A DNA stretch of 63,628 nucleotides, the filler included. It is 6 parts of 6 records of this genome, joined end to end, with 100 filler letters (N's around TTAATTAATTAA, not from the genome) between each part and the next. Parts side by side here need not be neighbours in the genome. Positions count along the whole stretch, not along the records: positions 48,063 to 63,628 come from SRR31156797_12400; 5 more parts are not named here. One strand, given 5' to 3'. Below, piece by piece: positions 56,141 through 63,628 of the stretch. Position 1 is the first letter of the stretch, and each line of letters starts with the position of its first letter. Both the position numbers and the translations under genes were made by a program. The notes beneath the pieces were generated by a model that was not told where the DNA came from, did no database searches, and saw nothing but the letters and a program-made list of their open reading frames with translations.

Positions 56141-56575
56141 ATGAAAAAATCTATTTTACTTCTATCCTTAGCCATCATACTAATGGGTGGAATGTTAACC
56201 AACTGTGAGACGCAAGCTACAAAGGAAGAAAAAGCCATCGACCAGGTGCAGGATGCTAAAAGCAATTTAAAAGCTGTACAGCAAGACTCGGTTACAGCTT
56301 ACCAAAAATTCATACAGGAATCTGAAGATCAGATTAAGGTTTATGAGAAAAATCTTGCCGAATTGAAGGAAAAAATTGCACAGGAAAAGAAAGGGGCAAA
56401 AGCTACGTACGAAAAGAAACTAACTGAGCTTGAACAAAAAAACGAGAACTTAAAAACCGCAATTGTGGATTATAAGAACGCGCAGGCTGATAACTGGGAT
56501 GAAAAACAACTTGAGTTCAAAAGAGACCTGGATGAACTGGGCAGTGCAATTGCCGGATTTTTTGAAAAGGATTAG
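56141..56575 (+). CDS. coiled-coil lipoprotein
   Basis: Signal peptide with LTNC lipobox; helical heptads. Confidence 0.75.
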   Translation: MKKSILLLSLAIILMGGMLTNCETQATKEEKAIDQVQDAKSNLKAVQQDSVTAYQKFIQESEDQIKVYEKNLAELKEKIAQEKKGAKATYEKKLTELEQKNENLKTAIVDYKNAQADNWDEKQLEFKRDLDELGSAIAGFFEKD

Positions 56576-56699
56576 CAAATAAATGATGAACGATTTGTAT
56601 ATGAGAATTCCAGGAGGCCTCTGTATCGTTCTTATTATTGGAGAGATGTCAGAAATGGTATCATTAGTTAAATTTTTAAACATTTAAAATTAAAAGATC

Positions 56700-56891
56700 A
56701 TGAATAAAGGAACCGTAAAATTTTTCAACAGTACAAAAGGATTTGGCTTTATTAAAGATGCCGAATCAACAAAAGAGTATTATGTGAACACTGAAGGATT
56801 AAAAGAAAATATCAACGAAAAAGATGAAGTTACTTTTGATTTGAAGGAAAGCGAGAAAGGGATGAATGCTATAAACGTGAAGCGAATCTAA
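56700..56891 (+). CDS. cold-shock domain protein
   Basis: GTVKFFN..KGFGFI (RNP1); the usual FVH of RNP2 reads YVN. Confidence 0.92.
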   Translation: MNKGTVKFFNSTKGFGFIKDAESTKEYYVNTEGLKENINEKDEVTFDLKESEKGMNAINVKRI

Positions 56892-57008
56892 TTACAATCA
56901 TGCCATCAGATTCCGGACAGTAAAACATGGAAGACCCTTTTTGATGGGATCGGTTTTTTTTTGTCTGACGCAACTTATAAGTTATTATAAATTTAAAAAA
57001 TAGTCAAA

Positions 57009-58541
57009 ATGAAAACAATAAACAGAAGAAAAAACAAATTTGCTATACTTTGGTGCCTGTTGTTGCTGATGACAACTACCATTGGTTATGCGCAACAATC
57101 AAAAAACTCCATGTTTTTGCAGGCTGATCAGGCCATGCTTAATGCAAAATCAATGCAGGCAGATTTGCTTGTTCCGGATGAATTCAACAAAGGCCTTGAC
57201 AACTACAGGGATGCTCAGGAATATTACGCTGATAATAAAGGTGCCGGGAAAGTAGAATCATCGCTCAAAGAAGCCGAAAATTATTTTAACCGGTCGGCAG
57301 ACTTTAGCATTTCGGCCAAATTGGTTTTTGCCAATACGCTTAATGCACGCGCTGATGCACTATCAGCAGGAGCAGACAGATATGCCAGGGAAATTTGGAT
57401 GGAGGCAGAAGAAGCATTTAACGATGCAGCTACGGAGCTGGAAAAAGGAGACCGGGACGACTCATATAAATATTCAAAAGAAGCCGTTGAACTGTACAGG
57501 AAAGCAGAATTGTCTTCCATTAAAACCGATTTACTTGACGAAACACGTGCTTTGCTTGAAAAAGCAGATGATATGAAGGTTGACCGCAATGCCCCAACAA
57601 CGCTGAAAAAGGCAACATCACTGCTGGCAGAAACAGAAAAAGAACTCGAAACAAACCGGTATGACATGGATTACCCCCGTATATTGGCAAAACAAGCCAA
57701 ATATGAGGCCAGCCATGCAATTTATCTGAACACCGTTATTTCGGACGCAGATGACAATGACCTGAAAATGGAAGACGTAATTTTGCATTATGAACGGCCC
57801 TTAACCAGAATCGCAGAAAGAATTGGTTTTGTGGCACAATTTGACGAAGGTGTTGAGAATCCTGAGAACAGAATAATAGATTATGTGGTTGATTTGCAGG
57901 AAAAAAATAAAAACCTTACCGACGAAAATATGGCGAAGGACAATACAATCCGGCACCTGGAATCAAATATTGCTCTATTGAAAAAGGAGAGTGAGGCACT
58001 TAACAGTGAATTCAGGAACGAATCGATAAAACGCAGCGAGGCCATGAAATCGCAAATGAAGGAATTTGAAAACGAAAAGGCTGTACTTGCTGCTAAAATC
58101 GAAAAACAAAAAATATTGGATAACCAGTTTGAAGAAGTCTATAATATTTTTAACAGCGATGAGGCTTCGGTTTTTCGTTCAGGAGATGATGTGATAATAC
58201 GGATGCATGGTTTTGGTTTTGATGTTGGAAAATCGGAGATCAAACCGGATAATTTTGGTTTGTTGACCAAGGTGCAGAATGCCATCAAAATATTTCCCGG
58301 AAGTGCCGTGATTGTTGAGGGATATACCGATTCATTTGGTGGCGATGCTTTGAATTTAAAACTTTCACAGGAACGTTCAGATGCGGTTACCCAGTATTTA
58401 GTTGCCAATTCTGATGCCCCGGGAAACAGCAACATAAGCTCAGTAGGTTATGGAGAAAACAACCCCGTGGCTAACAACGAAACTATGGAGGGGCGAAAAC
58501 AAAACCGCCGGATTGATATAAAAATTCAACCGGTGTTGTAA
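57009..58541 (+). CDS. OmpA-family protein with N-terminal helical repeats
   Basis: FDVGKS, VEGYTD, NLKLSQERS, GYGE and NRRID. Confidence 0.88.
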   Translation: MKTINRRKNKFAILWCLLLLMTTTIGYAQQSKNSMFLQADQAMLNAKSMQADLLVPDEFNKGLDNYRDAQEYYADNKGAGKVESSLKEAENYFNRSADFSISAKLVFANTLNARADALSAGADRYAREIWMEAEEAFNDAATELEKGDRDDSYKYSKEAVELYRKAELSSIKTDLLDETRALLEKADDMKVDRNAPTTLKKATSLLAETEKELETNRYDMDYPRILAKQAKYEASHAIYLNTVISDADDNDLKMEDVILHYERPLTRIAERIGFVAQFDEGVENPENRIIDYVVDLQEKNKNLTDENMAKDNTIRHLESNIALLKKESEALNSEFRNESIKRSEAMKSQMKEFENEKAVLAAKIEKQKILDNQFEEVYNIFNSDEASVFRSGDDVIIRMHGFGFDVGKSEIKPDNFGLLTKVQNAIKIFPGSAVIVEGYTDSFGGDALNLKLSQERSDAVTQYLVANSDAPGNSNISSVGYGENNPVANNETMEGRKQNRRIDIKIQPVL

Positions 58542-58562
58542 GATTGTTTTGAGAGATTGCTT

Positions 58563-58610
58563 AAGGCCACAGGAACAGTTCAATATAAAAAGCTTTTCCT
58601 GTGGCTTTTT
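58563..58610. terminator. terminator between convergent genes
   Basis: GCCACAGGAA...TTCCTGTGGC followed by a T-run. Confidence 0.65.
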
Positions 58611-58649
58611 GTTTTTACCAATTTAGTTGTCATTATATAGCTGTCATTA

Positions 58650-60443
58650 TTAGAGTCTCATCAAAAACGGGATCAGATTATCTTCACCGGCAAGGTTGAG
58701 TTTTTTGCGCAGGCGGTAGCGTGTGGATTTAATGCCTTCCTCGGATTTATAGGTGATGGCGGCCATTTCTTTGGTGCTCAGATTGAGCCTGAGCAGGGCG
58801 GCAATCTTAATTTCTGATGCTGTGAGTGATGAGCAGGCCTTGAGCAGGTTGTCATAAAATTCGGTATGGATGTTCTTGAAAATCTTATCGAACTCCTTCC
58901 AGGTATTGGTGTTGGTCTGGTTTTCCAGTTCGCTGGCAATCTCTTTAATATGAGCAGCTATCCGGGAATCCCGGGCGTGAATTTTACCCATCGCTTCCAA
59001 CTTGTTGATCACCTCGCCAATGGTTTCGTTGACCCTGAGCATTTCGATTGCCTTGGTTGCCAGTTCACGGTTTTTCGATTCTACATTCTCGTGCAACAGT
59101 TGCATCTCTTTTTCCTTGATTTTTTCGGCCTGCTCCAGAATTGTTTTCTCTTGCTCCAATAATTTTTCCTGGCGTTGATGAGCTCTGGCTTTCAATCTGA
59201 ACATTATCACCATCAACACAAGCAACACTGCGAGTGCCCCAATTGATACACTCAAAAGAATGATGTTTTTCTGCTGAATACTGTTATGATGGTTGAGAAG
59301 ATCGATTTCACTGTTTTTTTGTTCCAGATTGAACCGTGCAGTCATTTCCTGGATGATTTCTTCGCGATTAACTATGTTGAGGCTGTCACGTAGTTTTGCA
59401 ATATCCACGCTCAGTTGATATGCTCTTTCAAAGTCCTTGTTTTCAGCCTCCATTTTCGCCATTGTGGTCAAACATTCCAGAATCATGCTGGTGTTATCAA
59501 ACTGCCGGGCTTTGATCATTGCTTTATTTATAAGTTGACTGGCTTTGGTCTTATTTCCGCTACCGTTGTATGCAAGTGCTAACGCATTTTCAACGATACA
59601 GATTCCTGTTTTCTCGTCAAGTTCCCCGTATATTTCAAGTGCACTACCCAACATTTCAATTGCCGGGCTGTAATTACCCTGGATGATTTCCAGTTCGGCC
59701 ATCGGTACCAGCGAATTGGCAATAGCCCTGCTACTACAATGAGCTTTTCGGATTTCGTAGGCCAGCTCAAAATAATGCATGGCTGAATCGAGGTACCCTA
59801 TGGTTTTGTTTAGGCGACCGAGCAAATTGTATGCATTAGCAATGCCTTTATGATCACTGATCTCCAGCTTGGTTTTAAGCGATGCCCGAATATATTTCGC
59901 TGCTATTGCATATTCATCCCGGTTAAAATGAACAGAACCCAGCGAAAAGGTCCCTGCCGATTGGTACAATTTATTTCCGGCGCGTTCGGCATAAAATACT
60001 ACCTGTTGAAACTCATCAATTGCATTCACATAATCGCACATGATATGGCTGATGGACCCCAGTGTAAAATAATAAAATGTCAAACCAAAGTCATCACCAA
60101 GTTCATCCAACATTTTCTTTGATTTATAAATACTTGTCCGTGCAAGTTTGTATTCATCTTTATAATAGTAAACCCTGCCAAGCCATAAATAACTCCAGGC
60201 AATGCCATGTTTATAGTTCAACTGATTGGAAAGATATAAAGACTCCTGCAGGTAGTAAAGCGCTTTTTGGTTGTCGACGGCACAATATTTTTCACCCAGA
60301 TTGAGAAGTTTGTTCGCCTTCACCGTATCTTCAGGTAGCTGATCAATTTCTTGCTCATAAGTATCCGGAACCTGGCACCAGCCATTGTGCATATTTATAA
60401 ACAACAATGCCAGAATTATACCTGAAAAGATCAGCCTGCTCAT
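58650..60443 (-). CDS. one-component transmembrane regulator: TPR, TM, LuxR-type HTH
   Basis: TPR repeats, TM and LTASEIKIAALLRLNLSTKEMA...RYRLRKKL. Confidence 0.87.
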   Translation of the reverse strand: MSRLIFSGIILALLFINMHNGWCQVPDTYEQEIDQLPEDTVKANKLLNLGEKYCAVDNQKALYYLQESLYLSNQLNYKHGIAWSYLWLGRVYYYKDEYKLARTSIYKSKKMLDELGDDFGLTFYYFTLGSISHIMCDYVNAIDEFQQVVFYAERAGNKLYQSAGTFSLGSVHFNRDEYAIAAKYIRASLKTKLEISDHKGIANAYNLLGRLNKTIGYLDSAMHYFELAYEIRKAHCSSRAIANSLVPMAELEIIQGNYSPAIEMLGSALEIYGELDEKTGICIVENALALAYNGSGNKTKASQLINKAMIKARQFDNTSMILECLTTMAKMEAENKDFERAYQLSVDIAKLRDSLNIVNREEIIQEMTARFNLEQKNSEIDLLNHHNSIQQKNIILLSVSIGALAVLLVLMVIMFRLKARAHQRQEKLLEQEKTILEQAEKIKEKEMQLLHENVESKNRELATKAIEMLRVNETIGEVINKLEAMGKIHARDSRIAAHIKEIASELENQTNTNTWKEFDKIFKNIHTEFYDNLLKACSSLTASEIKIAALLRLNLSTKEMAAITYKSEEGIKSTRYRLRKKLNLAGEDNLIPFLMRL

Positions 60444-60566
60444 TTGATATTCATTTCATTTCACACAAAAATAGCGGAAATAATTCTGTTGTACTGTATT
60501 TGTGATAGATTCATTCGCGACCAGCTCATATATTCTTTACATTTACAGCTCAAAATACATATTCAT

Positions 60567-61931
60567 ATGAGACATAAACTTCTACTCCTGATTTTTTTGA
60601 TAATCACGCTTTCAGGTTCATCCCAGGTTTCGGATGAAGAAATGATTGACAATATATTCGATAACGCCCTAACCACCCGGCAGGCTTACGAAAACCTGCG
60701 GGTATTGTGTGAGGAAACTCCCGGAAGACTAATTGGTTCGGAAGCTTCCATTAAAGCTCAGGAAATCATGCAAATATATTTTGAAAGAATGGGTGCCGAC
60801 AAGGTGTGGAAACAGGAGTTTACTTCTCCTGCATGGCAGTGCGATACGGCTTTTGCCGCTTTGGTTATCAGCGACAGCGAATTTCATGTTTTTCATTGTG
60901 ATGCGTTGGGGCCTTCTCCATCTACGAATGATTATGAAACACTGGCACCGGTAATCGAAGTGCAAAGCCTGGAAGAAGTTAAGGAACTCGGCCGGGGCAA
61001 AATTGAAGGCAAAATCGTTTTTTATAACCGCCCATGGGACAACACTTTTGTTACAACATTTTATGGCTATGGAAATATGGTTGACCAACGTATGCAAGGA
61101 CCTGCAGAAGCTGCCAAAATGGGTGCTGCCGGTGTTTTGGTCAGGTCAGTCACAAACAGCCTCGATTATCATCCGCATACAGGTTCTACCCGTTATGGTG
61201 AGATAAAAATACCGGCAATGGCAATTAGCACCCTGGATGCAAATTACCTGAGCAAAGCATTGAAAAAACATCCTGATGCGCTGGTTCAGCTTTATATCGA
61301 AGCCAGGGAGCTGGACGAAATCACCACCTATAACCTCATTGCCGAAATCACCGGTAGCGAATTTCCTGATGAATACATTGTGGTAGGTGGACATATTGAC
61401 GCATGGCACAACACACCTGGTGCCCACGACGATGGTGCAGGATGTGTGATGTCGGCGGACGTGTTGCGCATCTTTAAAGAACTCGGTATCAAGAATCGGT
61501 ATACAATTCGCGCTGTAATGTACATGGATGAAGAACTCTACCAATCAGGCGGAAAAGCCTATGCCGATTATGTGAAAGAAACCAATGAGAAACATGTTTT
61601 TGCTCTTGAATCCGATGGTGGAGCTTTTACCCCAAGACAGTTTACGGTAAACGCCAACGATAAAATTGTTGAAAAACTGGCTGCGTATCAACCCTTACTT
61701 AAACCATATGGCATTTGCGAAATAAGACAAGGCTGGGGTGGCGTGGATATCGGGCCATTGAAAGATCTGGGCATCCCGTTGTCTGGCTACGGCACCGATT
61801 CGCAACGGTACTTTGATATGCATCACTCCCCCAACGACAGTTTCGATAAAGTCAACCTCCGGGAGCTACAGCTTGGATGTGGAAATATGGCGGCATATAT
61901 TTATCTTGTTGATAAGTACGGATTGGAGTAA
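60567..61931 (+). CDS. M28-family peptidase (carboxypeptidase Q-like)
   Basis: GGHIDAW, GAHDDGAG, DEE, ESD and HHSPND. Confidence 0.9.
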   Translation: MRHKLLLLIFLIITLSGSSQVSDEEMIDNIFDNALTTRQAYENLRVLCEETPGRLIGSEASIKAQEIMQIYFERMGADKVWKQEFTSPAWQCDTAFAALVISDSEFHVFHCDALGPSPSTNDYETLAPVIEVQSLEEVKELGRGKIEGKIVFYNRPWDNTFVTTFYGYGNMVDQRMQGPAEAAKMGAAGVLVRSVTNSLDYHPHTGSTRYGEIKIPAMAISTLDANYLSKALKKHPDALVQLYIEARELDEITTYNLIAEITGSEFPDEYIVVGGHIDAWHNTPGAHDDGAGCVMSADVLRIFKELGIKNRYTIRAVMYMDEELYQSGGKAYADYVKETNEKHVFALESDGGAFTPRQFTVNANDKIVEKLAAYQPLLKPYGICEIRQGWGGVDIGPLKDLGIPLSGYGTDSQRYFDMHHSPNDSFDKVNLRELQLGCGNMAAYIYLVDKYGLE

Positions 61932-62252
61932 TTTACAGAGAAAGATATTTTAAGCTATTGCTGCGCTGATGAATGGGGACTTGTTAACGAGTATGGATTT
62001 GCTTTTTTTTCGAATTCACAGAAAATCCTTATATTTAATTAACTGATAAATTTACCTCATATACTCCTGATTATCAAAATATATTGGATTACCGTTTTTG
62101 TTAAATAAAGGTTAATTAAATAAATCGTGTTATTTATTGCAGTAAATTTACCAGTATTACTATTGCAATTCATTGCTGATTAATCATTTAATGATGTTGA
62201 TCAGGATATAGAATGCTGTATATACATACAAACTTTAAAAACAGGAGATATT

Positions 62253-62615
62253 ATGAAAGTGAACAAAAAAGACATTCCCGTTATCAACGATGGAGGCGGA
62301 AACATTATGCGCGTGCTCAATGGATTTGGAGATATGGTGGTCAGCCACCACGAGTTTAAGAAAGGAACGGATTTTACTCCCGTATTAAAAGGGCTCCCTG
62401 GTGATATGTGTCCCTGCCCACATTATGGATACATTTTCGAAGGGGCTTTTCGATTTATATACACTGACGGAACAGAAGAAACATACAAAACCGGGGATGT
62501 ATATTATGCTCCCGCACCACACACCGCAATTGTTGACGAAGATACAACACTGATAGACTTTAGTCCGCAGCATGAACACGACGAGTTGATGGAGCATCTT
62601 GCCAAGGTGATGTAA
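62253..62615 (+). CDS. cupin-domain protein
   Basis: GLPGDMCPCPHYGY...PAPHTA...FSP; AGGAG RBS. Confidence 0.85.
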   Translation: MKVNKKDIPVINDGGGNIMRVLNGFGDMVVSHHEFKKGTDFTPVLKGLPGDMCPCPHYGYIFEGAFRFIYTDGTEETYKTGDVYYAPAPHTAIVDEDTTLIDFSPQHEHDELMEHLAKVM

Positions 62616-62680
62616 TCCGCTAAAAGTAGGTTACTCGTAACTATTTAGCTGGTTGTAAATAATGAATATTGTTTATAGAG

Positions 62681-62782
62681 AACCCCCTCCAACCTGCCAC
62701 GCTCGCCTCGCTGCGAAGCGGGCCGGCAAGACGGACACCCCCTTATTTGCTCCACTGAAGCTATGCGAAAGCGAGGAAGGGG
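62681..62782. repeat. GC-rich composite of REP-like short palindromes
   Basis: GC-rich patch in an AT-rich spacer: CCTGCC...GGCAAG enclosing CGCT-GCGA-AGCG; CCCCTT...AAGGGG. Confidence 0.4.
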
Positions 62783-62838
62783 AATGATTGGATCGGAAAG
62801 ATGTTGGAAATAAAACCATCACCAAAACTATTACGATT

Positions 62839-63628
62839 TCAAAACGATGATAAACTACATATATCAGAAGTATTATCATCGAATTGCCGCACGAAATCAG
62901 CTATCTCAGGTTTTGACCTGTGGTAACTTACAATTGCCACCTCCAGTGGTGTGGTTTTAAATTTTGTGACAGCCATTTTAATTGCATCCAAAATCCACTG
63001 AAGATCATTACCAAAAACACCCCCACCCACAAGTGTGAGGTAAAGTTTCGGATTACCGGTTTTATGGTCATTTTTTTTTGCTGCAAAAAAGGTGGCTTCC
63101 AAAATTAATCGGGCAAACGGCTCCCAATACCTGATCTCTACATCAGAATATCCAAGCGGAAGTCCTGAACAAAAAACCTGCGTTACATTGTGCCGGTCTT
63201 TACTTTCTACAACCTCGGTGTTCCATTGGACACCAATCTTTAATTTTCTCTTGCATATTTCATATTCTTCAGGATTCAACCGGCCAAGATGTTCCTGAAT
63301 TTGAAGAAGGCTTTGTTGGGATGCAAAGGCATAACCGTTTTTTGTTTCCCAGAGTTCGTGATTTTTGTTTCCCAAGAATTTCCCCAATTCCTCCAGACAA
63401 TCAACCTGAAGGTGCTTTGTTTGCCCAATTTGATGGCCCAATTCCACAAAGTAATTCCTGACAATCGTTCCACCGCCGCAAGCCATAGCGGCTAACGGCC
63501 CCTGTGTTCTGTCATGTTCATAAATCCCGACACCTGCTTCCGGGATAATGGAGGGGTTGGCCATTTCGAGCAAATTAAATTGAGATGCTATCTGGAAAAC
63601 TGACTCGTCCTGATTTTTGTTTACAGTT
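62839..63628 (-). CDS. conserved protein with a macrodomain/PARG-like motif; 5' end outside the window
   Basis: FQIASQFNLLEM, DRTQGP and LTLVGGGVFGN; frame open to the window edge. Confidence 0.65.
   Translation of the reverse strand, partial: TVNKNQDESVFQIASQFNLLEMANPSIIPEAGVGIYEHDRTQGPLAAMACGGGTIVRNYFVELGHQIGQTKHLQVDCLEELGKFLGNKNHELWETKNGYAFASQQSLLQIQEHLGRLNPEEYEICKRKLKIGVQWNTEVVESKDRHNVTQVFCSGLPLGYSDVEIRYWEPFARLILEATFFAAKKNDHKTGNPKLYLTLVGGGVFGNDLQWILDAIKMAVTKFKTTPLEVAIVSYHRSKPEIADFVRQFDDNTSDICSLSSF

Noticed and set aside
62618-62650. GTAACTATTTAGC resembling the contig-1 repeat end
   Set aside because: Different organism; explained as an imperfect hairpin right after the cupin stop codon.

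Overview
This window is not one locus. It is six unrelated contigs joined by 100-nt linkers (N44-TTAATTAATTAA-N44) at 18352-18451, 23996-24095, 32390-32489, 41560-41659 and 47963-48062, so no gene-neighbourhood inference crosses a linker. Taxonomic labels are inferred from protein style and base composition. (1) 1-18351, Desulfobulbales-like: alpha-hydroxy-acid oxidase, adenine deaminase, an EctR-like MarR gene with its own promoter/operator heading an Opp-type ABC importer, ModF-like ATPase, LepB, a Trp/Tyr-type ABC system, a TiaS-N-domain homologue, and three copies of a ~165-bp TIR-bounded repeat. (2) 18452-23995, Bacteroidota: TPP riboswitch 3' half plus TonB receptor, FkbO/Hyg5-like protein, deoC, xseB, xseA. 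(3) 24096-32389, Campylobacterota (Arcobacter-like): an unusual Lap/Lss-type type I secretion operon in which a Cache-PAS membrane sensor with no output domain precedes an OmpA-domain-TolC fusion, the ABC exporter, a PAS-HlyD fusion and an orphan LuxR regulator. This is the best candidate for an undescribed system, possibly a signal-gated T1SS. (4) 32490-41559, Alphaproteobacteria: a PAS pseudo-histidine kinase, a 7-PAS hybrid kinase and an OmpR regulator, possibly a ChpT/DivL-like phosphorelay. (5) 41660-47962, Desulfobacterales-like: a sigma54-controlled ureohydrolase-TRAP operon with a clear promoter and UAS. (6) 48063-63628, Bacteroidales: the end of a type II-C-like CRISPR array whose repeat carries a 22-nt hairpin insertion, a non-canonical TPR-class III cyclase, a large T9SS protein, OmpA, TPR-LuxR, M28 peptidase, cupin and a macrodomain-like protein. 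All calls come from reading motifs by eye; no database search was run.
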